Positions 33,776 to 43,722 of a stretch of DNA of 45,458 nucleotides are shown here, piece by piece. Position 1 is the stretch's first letter; each line of letters opens with the position of its first letter. Both the position numbers and the translations under genes were made by a program. The DNA is taken from NCBI GenBank assembly GCA_009885355.1, contig VFKW01000035.1, positions 1-45,458 on the forward strand, written 5' to 3'. Below the pieces are notes generated by a model that saw only the letters and a program-made list of their open reading frames with translations, ran no database searches and was not told where the DNA came from. Source of the DNA: Candidatus Berkelbacteria bacterium (GTDB taxonomy: Bacteria; Patescibacteriota; UBA1384; VFKW01).

Positions 33776-33979
33776 CGTTATGGTGGCGTGTATTTTGATA
33801 TCAGGTCGCTTACCTGTTATATAACAGTAAGGTAACTGAGCTTTTTATGCTCAATCTATCCTACTAGCAAAGCCAATGCCTCTTAGTTTTCAATGTACTC
33901 ATCGCTTATTATACCATAATGAATTTGATATAATATTGTAACACAAAAATCTCTATCTGTCAATATGGTTAGGACTCGA

Positions 33980-35372
33980 TGTTAGCGCAATATAGTAATG
34001 TCACCTTAATGGGCAATATAGGAATGTCCCCTTTCTCTGGTTTTTAGGTTATACTGTTTAGTTAACTAAATAAGAGAAAGGGTAAAGTGGAGACATTCAA
34101 TATGAGCCGAAGGGAAATGGGACAGATTAATATATTTGAAAAGCTAAAGGATAAACAAATGAAACAAAAAGAAGCCGCCAAGATATTAAATTTAAGCACG
34201 CGTCAGATTAAACGGAAACTAAAAGTATATCGCATATCCGGAGAAATAAGCCTGGTTAATAAAAGTCGAGGCAAACCTGGAAATCACCGTCATACAGATG
34301 AATTTTGGACTAAAGTAATTACATTGGTAAAAGATAAGTACCCAGACTTCGGGCCAACATTTGCCTCCGAAAAACTTTTAGAAAATCACAACATAATTGT
34401 CAATCATGAATCTTTAAGACTAAAAATGATCGATGAAATATTATGGAAAGCTAAGCGAAGGAAAGCTTCACCTCGACAAATGCGCGAGCGCAAAGAATGC
34501 TTTGGTGAGCTGGTACAGTTGGATGGCTCTGATCATGCTTGGTTCGAAGATAGAGCGCCGAAATGTTGTCTAATCGCCTTCATCGACGATGCCACCAGCC
34601 AGATCGTTTATCTGGAATTTACCAGTGGTGAAACCACCGAAAACTTGATGAGAACAACCCGGGAATACCTAGAAACATATGGTAAGCCAGTCGCCCTGTA
34701 TTCCGATCGTGGCGGAGTTTACAAGGTTAACCTTAATAATCCCAATGATGACAAATTAACCCAGTATGGCAGATCGTTAGAAGAGCTGGACATCAGCCAC
34801 ATCCACGCCCGATCACCCCAGGCCAAAGGACGAGTAGAGCGACTATTTGGAACCCTGCAGGATCGTCTGGTGAAGGAATTAAGACTAAAAGGAATCTCAT
34901 CAATTGAAGAGGCAAATAAGTATTTAAAAGAAGAATATATTGCCATGCATAATGCTAAATTCGCAGAAGTTCCAAAAAGTAAAACTGACCTTCATCAGTC
35001 AATTGATGGTTATGAGCTTAATAATATTTTCTGTCTAAAAGAAGATCGTAAGATTAACAATGACTTTACCATTGCCTACAAAACCAAATGGCTGCAACTT
35101 ACAAAAACCCAACCAACTATTATCTACCCCAAAGAAACCGTCCAAGTCTGGCAGCATTTAGATGGGACAATAACAATTCACCAAAACAAGAGTACCCTTA
35201 ATTTTAAAGAAGTATGCCAAAGACCAATTATTGAAAAAAGAAAGGAGGAAATAAAGCCACGAATTCCATGGGCCCCGTCAGCTACACACCCATGGAGAGA
35301 GCCTGTTTTAGCGCATTAAAAAAGTGACATTTCTATTTTGCAAAAAAGTGACATTTCTATTTTGTGTTGACA
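33980..35372 (+). mobile_element. Intact IS1202-family (ISNCY) insertion sequence, 1393 bp, 16-bp TSD
   Basis: TGT...ACA ends with imperfect inverted repeats and duplicated subterminal AATGTCAC boxes. TATGGTTAGGACTCGA is duplicated at 33964-33979 and 35373-35388. Confidence 0.92.
34087..35319 (+). CDS. DDE transposase (IS1202/ISNCY, rve-like)
   Basis: N-terminal HTH, GELVQLDGS.H.WFE, IDDATS, YSDR and SPQAKGRVERLFGTLQDRL. Confidence 0.93.
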   Translation: METFNMSRREMGQINIFEKLKDKQMKQKEAAKILNLSTRQIKRKLKVYRISGEISLVNKSRGKPGNHRHTDEFWTKVITLVKDKYPDFGPTFASEKLLENHNIIVNHESLRLKMIDEILWKAKRRKASPRQMRERKECFGELVQLDGSDHAWFEDRAPKCCLIAFIDDATSQIVYLEFTSGETTENLMRTTREYLETYGKPVALYSDRGGVYKVNLNNPNDDKLTQYGRSLEELDISHIHARSPQAKGRVERLFGTLQDRLVKELRLKGISSIEEANKYLKEEYIAMHNAKFAEVPKSKTDLHQSIDGYELNNIFCLKEDRKINNDFTIAYKTKWLQLTKTQPTIIYPKETVQVWQHLDGTITIHQNKSTLNFKEVCQRPIIEKRKEEIKPRIPWAPSATHPWREPVLAH

Positions 35373-35401
35373 TATGGTTAGGACTCGATTGAGAGTAGGA
35401 G

Positions 35402-36157
35402 TTATAAGGTTGGTGAAAATGATTCTATAATTCGTTGGGTTTCTTGGCTGTCTTTTTCATCTATTTCCAATGAAACAATGGGGTAACGGGCGTTACCAGT
35501 AAAATAGTACCCCGTATAATAAGCAACCGTTCCATTAAAATTCGTAGAGAATCTTTTTTCAATAATTCCGATGATCTTTGTGTTTTTCATTATCTCCTGA
35601 CAACCATCTAAGCTGAAATTATAGTTTTTAGAAACTTGCGTATAGTCGGCACAGCTTTTGAATTTTATTTTATTCTTAGGATCTGTATATAGTAGAGCCG
35701 AAGGATTGCCTTCCATGTCATCGTTAAAATTTGAGGTCAAATAATCTATTCTGGAATTACTTTTTTCAAACATGATTATATAATCTGTTCCGCTAATATC
35801 TCCTTTGTGTTCAGTAATTTCAGGATTTCCCCACTGTTCGGGATATTCAAACGATTGTTTTAAATCTGGTAGAGAATATTTTAACCAATTAGTAGTAACC
35901 GTGGGGGTGATGGTTTCCGCATTGGCCGGGGTGGGGCTTGCCGTGTTTATCTCGTCGTTAATTGACGGTGTTGATTTTGGTATAATCTTTTCTTGACTAT
36001 TACTGATCGGTTTTTGAAATAGTGACTTAATTCTTGTTGGAGATAAATTACCTGTTTTAAAATAAATTGCGCCCTCAATAATTATTAATAAAATTATAAT
36101 AGTTCCTCCGATAATCCATGGCCAAGGCACTATTTTTTTAATTGGCTCCGTATCCAT
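35402..36157 (-). CDS. Single-TM exported hypothetical protein (PsbP-like)
   Basis: N-terminal TM, P/T linker, W.KY...SFEYPEQW and C-terminal RIIESF. Confidence 0.6.
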   Translation of the reverse strand: MDTEPIKKIVPWPWIIGGTIIILLIIIEGAIYFKTGNLSPTRIKSLFQKPISNSQEKIIPKSTPSINDEINTASPTPANAETITPTVTTNWLKYSLPDLKQSFEYPEQWGNPEITEHKGDISGTDYIIMFEKSNSRIDYLTSNFNDDMEGNPSALLYTDPKNKIKFKSCADYTQVSKNYNFSLDGCQEIMKNTKIIGIIEKRFSTNFNGTVAYYTGYYFTGNARYPIVSLEIDEKDSQETQRIIESFSPTL

Positions 36158-36303
36158 TTCCCCCTCTTTTTCTAACTTATTTCTATCATCTAATTTGTAT
36201 GATTTTTTGTCAATTCATAAATTAAAATACTTCACTTGTTTTCCGTCGGATTGGACTGTTAGAATTTAGGTTTATAAGATATAATTTAAGTACGGGAGAA
36301 ATA

Positions 36304-36909
36304 ATGGGTAATCTAAAATTAATTTTTGATTTAATCGGCGTTATAACAGAAGAAGAGTATATTGCGACAAAGCTTGTGTATCCATTGGTTGAAAAATCGG
36401 TATCATATGATTTGTTTAAGAAAAAATACCTGCTTTATTGTATTGATAACATTGATCGCAGCGATTTTTGGCAAGGAATTGTTCCAGAGGTTGAGATATC
36501 CTTAATGGAGGAAGAAATTATTAGCCGTGTTGCTTTAAATTTAGACGTTGTCGAACTAATAAAAGATTATAACAATAAAGGGGTGAACATATTTCTAGCG
36601 TCAGAGATTCCTGCAAAATGGGGAGAGATGATACTTGCAAAAGCCGGACTCAAGGATGTTTTTAAAGAAAAGTTTTATAGTAGTACTCTCAGATCAACCA
36701 AACCATTTAAAAATTATTATGATAAAATTTTTAAACCAGAATTTATGCAAAGTTCTCATGTTATATATATTGATGACACTAATTATAACGTCGAAGTAGT
36801 TAGAGGATACGGGGCTGAAGCGATCTGGTTCAACAAGACAGGAGAAGATGGACTCATCGAGCATCTAACAGCGGGAAACGCAAAAGAGATAAAAAATATT
36901 ATCGGGTAA
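36304..36909 (+). CDS. HAD-superfamily hydrolase-like protein
   Basis: LIFDLIGVI, LASE, TKP and YIDDT..NV. Confidence 0.72.
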   Translation: MGNLKLIFDLIGVITEEEYIATKLVYPLVEKSVSYDLFKKKYLLYCIDNIDRSDFWQGIVPEVEISLMEEEIISRVALNLDVVELIKDYNNKGVNIFLASEIPAKWGEMILAKAGLKDVFKEKFYSSTLRSTKPFKNYYDKIFKPEFMQSSHVIYIDDTNYNVEVVRGYGAEAIWFNKTGEDGLIEHLTAGNAKEIKNIIG

Positions 36910-36979
36910 TCCCCCGTTGGGCTTGATTTATAGTCTGAAATATTGTATGATTTGGAGTAATTTAACAGACTAGGTATTT

Positions 36980-38023
36980 ATGCTTAAAATTATTAATTTC
37001 CAAGATAAAATTAAAGAACTTAATCCGCCGTATGGCTCATTGAGTGTGGACGATAATAATTATTTCTATAAAATCGTCGACAATCACTTGGCCAAACTGG
37101 AAGTTTTAGGACATGAGAAACTTTCCTACAATTATCCGGTTGCGAAGCTGATAAGCGATTATCCTTTCGATAATAAAAGAACGGCTCTGATTTTTGAATA
37201 TGAGAATTCTGTTGGTAAAGAATCCGGACTACTAGTGGATTTATTTGCAGCCGAGGAGATAATTAATAATAAATTTACAAATATATTAGAGATCTATAAT
37301 AAGGTTTTTGCCGCAACATTAAGAGAAGATAAAGGTGAAAGCTCGGATATTCTTTTCAAATCAAGAGTCGAAACGAGGTTAAAGAAATATTATGATAAAA
37401 AATTCATTAGCCAAGTGAATGGATACCAATATAACCTCAACGGTAGAAAGATTACGCTGGATCTTGAAAAAATTCTAGAATCAATTGAGGTCTTTTACAA
37501 TAACCGATCCAAAACATGGTGCGTTTTATCGCAATGCGATCCAAATGACTTAAACATTGGCACCAAGCCCATTGTTTTAGATTATTTGGCCGGTGGTTGG
37601 AACCCATTAATGGCTGAATTTGCCACACTCTTTTGGTATCAGTTGGCTCAGGGCAGCTACCTTGCTCTTAAATACAACGCACGAGCGTTTAAAAATCATG
37701 AAAATATATTCTCAAAAATAGAGACTGTCACTTTCAATAATAATCAATTATCTCATCAAATAACGCCATTGAGAAAAGAATTTACGCAACTATACATTAA
37801 GCAAGTAATTGATCCTTTAATGCTAACTATTGGTGATTACCCAAATTGGTATGAGGAATTCAAAAATTTCATCGTCATGAAAATTCTTTGTGTTTTTGAT
37901 GTAACCAAAATGGATAAAGAAGACATGTTTTTATCTTTAGGATATCTTCAATTATTCTATGGCCAAGAATTTAAAAAGCCGATAGATTTAATGCAATTTT
38001 TTGAGGAAAATAATGGAAAATAA
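36980..38023 (+). CDS. Hypothetical protein, possibly APH/choline-kinase-like fold
   Basis: YFYK, LIFEY and QCDPNDLNI...LDY, resembling the HGDxxxxN...D catalytic loop. Confidence 0.45.
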   Translation: MLKIINFQDKIKELNPPYGSLSVDDNNYFYKIVDNHLAKLEVLGHEKLSYNYPVAKLISDYPFDNKRTALIFEYENSVGKESGLLVDLFAAEEIINNKFTNILEIYNKVFAATLREDKGESSDILFKSRVETRLKKYYDKKFISQVNGYQYNLNGRKITLDLEKILESIEVFYNNRSKTWCVLSQCDPNDLNIGTKPIVLDYLAGGWNPLMAEFATLFWYQLAQGSYLALKYNARAFKNHENIFSKIETVTFNNNQLSHQITPLRKEFTQLYIKQVIDPLMLTIGDYPNWYEEFKNFIVMKILCVFDVTKMDKEDMFLSLGYLQLFYGQEFKKPIDLMQFFEENNGK

Positions 38024-38708
38024 TCAATATTATAAAGTTGAGAATGATTTTTTCAAAATTATCGAGCGTCTTGAAAACGATAACCTGCTATTTTATTGCG
38101 TAACTGGCAGTTTGGCACGAAACGACCTGATTGAAGGCTGGAGCGATATCGATCTATTGATGGTTTTTAAAGAATATAGCTCAGATCTTTTCTCCCATAT
38201 AAATGAGGCTCTATCCGGTAATAAAAGCATGATTAAAATCGGTACAACTTTTTATTCAAGGAAAGAATTTAATAGTAAAGAATTATTTAAGGACCCAAAA
38301 ACTCGCCATGCAATCGAGTATATTAATAAAGCAATTTATATACCCAGAATTAATAACCAAACTATTGTATTACCAGAGTTAGATAAAAAAATGACTATGA
38401 CCTACGACTTAGTGGACATGGCGAAATATCTTCATAATATAAGAAGGGAATTAATTGATCAAACAAAATTTAATGAACGATCAGTATATAAACTAATAAT
38501 CTCCGTTATAAAAATGCTGCTTTATCGACAGAATATTCAAGCTTTAGGATATAAAGATGCTTTAGCAATGGCGAAGGATAATTTGACTTATTTCAATATT
38601 GAATTGCCGCTACCGATGGAAATACTAGAATTTCCTAAGGATAAAAATAAAAGATATAATAATTATATTAAATTTTTAAACTGGTTAAAGGAGTACAGAA
38701 TTGCTTAA
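38013..38708 (+). CDS. Pol-beta-superfamily nucleotidyltransferase
   Basis: TGSLARND...SDIDL. GAGG RBS before ATG 38013. Confidence 0.8.
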   Translation: MENNQYYKVENDFFKIIERLENDNLLFYCVTGSLARNDLIEGWSDIDLLMVFKEYSSDLFSHINEALSGNKSMIKIGTTFYSRKEFNSKELFKDPKTRHAIEYINKAIYIPRINNQTIVLPELDKKMTMTYDLVDMAKYLHNIRRELIDQTKFNERSVYKLIISVIKMLLYRQNIQALGYKDALAMAKDNLTYFNIELPLPMEILEFPKDKNKRYNNYIKFLNWLKEYRIA

Positions 38709-40350
38709 TTTTGATAAACCAAACAATAATAAAATCATATTCGGATATAATACAGGCCATCATGGCGGCGGTGCAATTATCACTGGTGGCAGTCTAGCTA
38801 GTATTTCAGAAGAAAGACTCTCTAGACAAAAATACTCTTCAGGTTATTTATATTCACTATTCTACCTTATTAATCGTATGAATCTAAAAATTCAGGACAT
38901 TGATTTGTTTGTTTCAAGCAGCTACCATAACCCACTTGAAGATGATTATCAGGGGATATTAGCGTCTTTAGGTGTAGCTCGAGAAAAATTTGTCAGTGTT
39001 GACCATCATTTATCACATGCTTACAGCACATATTTCCTATCCCCGTTCAATAAAGCATTAGTAGTGGTGGTAGATGGTTTAGGGAATTTAAATGATACGG
39101 AAAGTTATTACTTAGCCGAGGGCGAAGATATTAAAAAAATCGGGGGTAATGATCCCAACCGCTCTATCCATAAAGGTATCGGACGTGCATATGAATCATT
39201 CACGAATTTTTGTGGTTGGAGTGCTCAAGAGGCAGGTAAAACGATGGGATTGGCATCATATGGACAAGAGAAGAATCTAGGAGTAGATCTCTATGAAATT
39301 AATAATAAAAATCAGATTAGCAGCAAATTGGAAGGTAAATACTCACAAGGTGCACTCAAGATTACAAGGGACAATAACCTAGATTTTGGAGTGCCATTTT
39401 CAGAATTTAACAATAAAGATGCAGCTTTTTTTGTTCAGGATAGGACAGAAAAAATAATCATCGAATTGATAAATAATCTGTATGAACAATACAAAATTAC
39501 TGATCTTTGTCTGGCAGGAGGGGTGTTCCTTAATAGTATTATTAATAAAAAGATATTGGACCAAACTCCGATAAAAAATATATTTGTACCACCGTGCTGT
39601 GATGATACAGGCCAACCATTAGGGAATGCACTATATGGTTATCATGGATATTTTGGTATTCCAAAGAATATCCAGTTAAATCATGCGTATTTGGGAATGG
39701 ATTATGAGGAGAAAGAAATTATTGATGTGTTAGAAAAGAAACAGGAAATATATTCATTGCCGTACGAGGTAAAATCTTTCAACTTTAAATATAAATATCA
39801 TAAAGATATCGCTTCCATTACAGCAGAATTATTGGCTAATGGTAAAATAATTGGTTGGTTCCAAGGTGGCTCGGAAATTGGGCCCAGAGCGTTAGGCCAT
39901 CGTAGCATATTAACGGCGCCTTATCCTGCCGAGATGAAAGACATCCTAAATGAAAAAGTGAAACATAGAGAAGGATTTCGTCCCTTCGCGCCATCAGTGT
40001 TGGAAGAATATGCACAAGATTTCTTTGAGCTTGAAGTGCCAAGTCCATTTATGTTATTAGTTGCTAAGGCAAAAGAAGATAAAGTAGATAAAATACCAGC
40101 TGCTTTACATGTCGATAAAACAGCCCGCGTGCAAACTGTTAATAAAAAAGACAATGGCATCTACTATGATCTGATAAAAGAATTTTATAAAATCACAGAT
40201 GTGCCAGTACTGCTTAACACTTCATTTAATGATTCAGGTGAGCCAGTAGTAGAAACGCCAAAGGATGCCTTAAGAATGTTCTGTACAACACCAATTGATT
40301 ATTTAGTACTAGGGAATTACCTGGTTTCAAAAAGTAGTAGCGATGAATAA
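38701..40350 (+). CDS. O-carbamoyltransferase (CmcH/NodU/TobZ family)
   Basis: EERLSR.K, HHLSHA, VDG.G, KTMGLASYG, AGGVFLN, GPRALGHRSIL, RPFAP, HVD.TARVQTV and NTSFN. Confidence 0.93.
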   Translation: MLNFDKPNNNKIIFGYNTGHHGGGAIITGGSLASISEERLSRQKYSSGYLYSLFYLINRMNLKIQDIDLFVSSSYHNPLEDDYQGILASLGVAREKFVSVDHHLSHAYSTYFLSPFNKALVVVVDGLGNLNDTESYYLAEGEDIKKIGGNDPNRSIHKGIGRAYESFTNFCGWSAQEAGKTMGLASYGQEKNLGVDLYEINNKNQISSKLEGKYSQGALKITRDNNLDFGVPFSEFNNKDAAFFVQDRTEKIIIELINNLYEQYKITDLCLAGGVFLNSIINKKILDQTPIKNIFVPPCCDDTGQPLGNALYGYHGYFGIPKNIQLNHAYLGMDYEEKEIIDVLEKKQEIYSLPYEVKSFNFKYKYHKDIASITAELLANGKIIGWFQGGSEIGPRALGHRSILTAPYPAEMKDILNEKVKHREGFRPFAPSVLEEYAQDFFELEVPSPFMLLVAKAKEDKVDKIPAALHVDKTARVQTVNKKDNGIYYDLIKEFYKITDVPVLLNTSFNDSGEPVVETPKDALRMFCTTPIDYLVLGNYLVSKSSSDE

Positions 40351-41437
40351 TCCAAACAAACTATCATTTCAGCTTCCATCTGGACAAGAAGAAGTTTATA
40401 TAGGGCATGGCGTACTGGATTATTATGGCAAACTACTTGAAAAAAATAATTATGATAAAGTGATCACCATTGCTGATAAAAATGCTTACAAACACTATAA
40501 GTTAGGAATTAATAATCTATTGCTTAAAAGCGTCGATAAAAAGATTATTTTTGTAAGCGCCAAGCCTCATTATAAAGATTATAAACACGCTGCTCATTTG
40601 CTTAATAAGCTAATTGAATTAAAAGCCAGTCGCAAAACTTGTCTTTTGGCAATCGGGGGCGGTTATGTATCAGACATAACGGGTTTCGTTGCCTCTATTT
40701 ATATGAGAGGAATTGACTTTATCCAAGTACCGACAACATATATGTCTGCTGCAGATATTGTAATTGGGAAAGTGGCAGTTAATTATAACGGACACAAAAA
40801 TCTGGTTGGATCGTTTTACTCACCAAGACAGGTTTTTGTAGACACTGATTTTTTAACAACACTACCACCACGAGAGGTTGTTAATGGATTAGTAGAAATC
40901 TGGAAACATGCTTTACTTGTACAAAATAACCAAATTATTGGTTTAATAAGCGATCATCTGAATACTAAAAAATTTGATAATTCAGACACGATAATAGAGT
41001 TCTCAATCAGATCAAAAATGAGCTTTGTCGAAAAAGATTATTACGATACTGAAGATTCTCACAAGGCTTTGAGTTTAGGCCATACGTTAGCAAATTATTT
41101 AGAGAGAAATACGACAATTAGACACGGTGAAGCAGTTTTTTATGGGATAATTTTTTCAGCAATTTTAGCGCATAATAGCAATCTTATTAATACTTCCCGT
41201 TATGATTCGATTATTGAGTTAGGCAAAAAGTTTGAAAAATACTTCGGCATATTTCCGCAAGTTAAAAAATTGGTCTGTAATAATAATATTTTAACTGAAT
41301 TGAAGTTTGATAAAATTAATCATTCGGGTAACTATTCTTTTGTCTTATTAACGGATAACAACTTTTTAATAAAGAGAGACTTGGATAAAGGTGCTTTAGA
41401 AAACGCAATCAGAGAATTTTGCAATTTGGCTCTATAG
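40343..41437 (+). CDS. Divergent 3-dehydroquinate-synthase-like sugar-phosphate cyclase
   Basis: GGGYVSDITGFVASIYMRG...VPTT, KNLVG, EIWKH, GHT and HGEAV. Confidence 0.85.
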   Translation: MNNPNKLSFQLPSGQEEVYIGHGVLDYYGKLLEKNNYDKVITIADKNAYKHYKLGINNLLLKSVDKKIIFVSAKPHYKDYKHAAHLLNKLIELKASRKTCLLAIGGGYVSDITGFVASIYMRGIDFIQVPTTYMSAADIVIGKVAVNYNGHKNLVGSFYSPRQVFVDTDFLTTLPPREVVNGLVEIWKHALLVQNNQIIGLISDHLNTKKFDNSDTIIEFSIRSKMSFVEKDYYDTEDSHKALSLGHTLANYLERNTTIRHGEAVFYGIIFSAILAHNSNLINTSRYDSIIELGKKFEKYFGIFPQVKKLVCNNNILTELKFDKINHSGNYSFVLLTDNNFLIKRDLDKGALENAIREFCNLAL

Positions 41438-41499
41438 CAATTGACAGGTTAGGTTTTTTGATGTAAAATATAACTCTATCATTGATAGGGGGTATTCGC

Positions 41500-41901
41500 A
41501 TGCGAGTAAGAGCAGTAATAGTTGATAACCAGCGCATCCTTCTCATCGAGAGGACGAAGCAGGGAAACCATTATTGGATTTTCCCAGGGGGTGGGGTTGA
41601 AACATATGATTCCACGCCAGAATCGGCTTTGTTGCGCGAATGCCAAGAAGAGCTTGGTGTTGAGGTAGAAGTGGGACCACTCTTCGATACTTTCAAGGGC
41701 AATGAAGAGGAGCTATTCTTTCTTAGCCGCATAATAAGCGGCACTATCGATAAGATCGGCGGCCCTGAATCTACCCGAGACCCAGCCCTTTGGGGAGAAT
41801 ACAAACCTGTTTGGCTCACAATTGAGGAGATTGCAGAAAGAAATGTTCTGCCAGAACCGATAAAACGAGCTATACTAGACCGTGGGGTCGGCAATTCCTA
41901 G
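41500..41901 (+). CDS. NUDIX hydrolase
   Basis: FPGGGVE...ALLRECQEELG. ATG at 41500 follows a G-rich RBS. Confidence 0.88.
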   Translation: MRVRAVIVDNQRILLIERTKQGNHYWIFPGGGVETYDSTPESALLRECQEELGVEVEVGPLFDTFKGNEEELFFLSRIISGTIDKIGGPESTRDPALWGEYKPVWLTIEEIAERNVLPEPIKRAILDRGVGNS

Positions 41902-41922
41902 GGGCTGCCGACCCCTTTTTTT
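41884..41922 (+). terminator. Intrinsic terminator between convergent NUDIX genes
   Basis: GGGGTCGGCA...TGCCGACCCC followed by a T run. Confidence 0.75.
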
Positions 41923-42358
41923 ATACTTGATTTATTAAAAAATCATTAGCTTCTTTGAGAATTCTTATACAACTTTCGTGTGATATTTTTTCTAGAGCTC
42001 GATCGTAATCAAGCCAGGCAAAATCAATAATTTCTTCAGTTCTAATAATTTCAGCTTTTAATTCAGCAATTTTCCCTAGATAATAAGTTACAGTTTTATC
42101 AAGGATTTTTTCTCCCTTTTCGAATTTGTATTTTTCTTCAAAAGTTGGCTTTGGTAATATTTCAAACTTAGTAATACCTGTTTCTTCATAAATTTCTCGT
42201 TGAATAGTTTCGGGTATGCTTTCACCTGCTTCAGGATGACCCTTTGGGAACGCCCAATGCCCTGCTTTATGGCAAATTAATAAATAGATAAGCTTATCGC
42301 CCTCTTTGTAGTAAGGAATTATTCCAAATGATTGATCTTTAATTATTTCTTTTTCCAT
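41921..42358 (-). CDS. NUDIX hydrolase, Ap4A-hydrolase-like
   Basis: SFGII, HWAFPKGHPEAGE....REIYEETG and KTVTYYL. Likely start is ATG 42358. Confidence 0.88.
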   Translation of the reverse strand: MEKEIIKDQSFGIIPYYKEGDKLIYLLICHKAGHWAFPKGHPEAGESIPETIQREIYEETGITKFEILPKPTFEEKYKFEKGEKILDKTVTYYLGKIAELKAEIIRTEEIIDFAWLDYDRALEKISHESCIRILKEANDFLINQV

Positions 42359-42383
42359 GAATACAATATAGCACTTTTTGATT

Positions 42384-42424
42384 AAAAAAATAAGGCGGCG
42401 GAACAATGGTGTTCCTACCGCCTT
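42384..42424 (-). terminator. Intrinsic terminator after the tandem kinase gene
   Basis: AAGGCGG.GGAACA-ATGG-TGTTCC..CCGCCTT, followed by a T run on the minus strand. Confidence 0.6.
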
Positions 42425-42435
42425 GGTTGTGGCCA

Positions 42436-43611
42436 TTAGAGGCCGAGCTTTTTTGCGAATCTCTGTGTGTTTTCGTCGATCCCATCAGACTCATTGCTAA
42501 ACACCAGATCGGCGATATCTTCGACTTGATGAGCACCGCGAGATCGCTTGGTTTCATCTTTGCTTCGTACCTTCGATGTGGCTTCCTCAATAGTCATTCC
42601 TGTCTTGGCGACAGTACGACTGATCCTCAGATCTTCAGGGGCCGTAAGGAACGCAATCGTGAAACGATCTCCTAGGAGCAACTTGAAGTACGCCGGGAGA
42701 ATTGGATCATGGATGCTCTCGACTGATGCTCGAGTCACATGGGGATGGCAGTGGAGGAACGAAAGGTACTCGAACCCCATACTCCCCGCGTGCACATCCT
42801 GGCCAGCCCTAATCAAGATGTCCTCAAAATATCGCAACTTGAGGCGGTAAAAGCCATACTTCTTGGAAAGCGCATCCCCGAAACCGCTCTTGCCAGATTC
42901 ACTGAGACCGCCTAAAGCGATTCCTCTTTCGAAGTTCTCGCATGCTAACGGCAGACTAATCCCCAAGTCGAGATTAGCCCGGGAGCGAATCTCGTTCTGG
43001 ATATTCAATATACAGTCATTCACTACCACCCTCCGCTCTTGGGGGATATTATCATAGTAGTGTTCGATAGTAGTGCCCAGATAGCCCTGGTACGATGCAT
43101 ATCGTGCCGCTTGTTCGGGCGTGTACTGGTTGGTTCTGATATCTATGATCTGGAGTAGCGTCTTTATTTTCTGCTGATAGACACTATTCGGAACTAGTAA
43201 CAGTTCATATTCCTCCGGGGTGTATTCCAAGAGGTCCGCGAACATGTTATCAACTCGTTCATAGGCATCGTCTAGACTGCCTAGGTGCTTTGTAGAATAT
43301 GTCGCTGCAAGGACAGCCTTGAACATCAGGGTCCCTCGGTCAAATATGTTGACTTTGTCCGAGATACAGCTCTGGTTACGAATGTTGAGTGATTGGATGA
43401 TGATCTGAGCCAAGTCATCGAATTCGACCCGACCGAACCACCATTCGTGAGATGCTGTTTCTGATTGTGCTGGCCAATTGTCGCCATATTCGACGAGTCT
43501 CTTAAGTCGATGGGTAATCTTACGAGTACCCAAGCTAGATAAAAAACTGATCTGCTGTGTCTTTCCGATCCCGTCAAAACCACTGATTGCCAATTTTGAC
43601 AAAGTAATCAC
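42436..43611 (-). CDS. Tandem P-loop NMP-kinase-like protein (two kinase domains)
   Basis: SGFDGIGKT...FDRG (dTMP-kinase-like) and a second P-loop GGLSESGKS...APEDLRISR. True start may be TTG 43602. Confidence 0.7.
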   Translation of the reverse strand: MITLSKLAISGFDGIGKTQQISFLSSLGTRKITHRLKRLVEYGDNWPAQSETASHEWWFGRVEFDDLAQIIIQSLNIRNQSCISDKVNIFDRGTLMFKAVLAATYSTKHLGSLDDAYERVDNMFADLLEYTPEEYELLLVPNSVYQQKIKTLLQIIDIRTNQYTPEQAARYASYQGYLGTTIEHYYDNIPQERRVVVNDCILNIQNEIRSRANLDLGISLPLACENFERGIALGGLSESGKSGFGDALSKKYGFYRLKLRYFEDILIRAGQDVHAGSMGFEYLSFLHCHPHVTRASVESIHDPILPAYFKLLLGDRFTIAFLTAPEDLRISRTVAKTGMTIEEATSKVRSKDETKRSRGAHQVEDIADLVFSNESDGIDENTQRFAKKLGL

Positions 43612-43722
43612 CTCCTAGGTTAAGATTGAGCTTGACATATAATTATACCAAATCTATCGAAAAAATCAATACCTTCGATCGTTGGAATGTGACTTGAATT
43701 TTTGATGGATAACTGATATAAT

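Noticed and set aside
33287..33835. 182-aa plus-strand ORF
   Set aside because: Antisense to the GNAT gene, with no recognisable motifs.
40343..41437. Calling the gene aroB
   Set aside because: Several DHQS-specific motifs are altered and no other shikimate genes are present, so the symbol is withheld.
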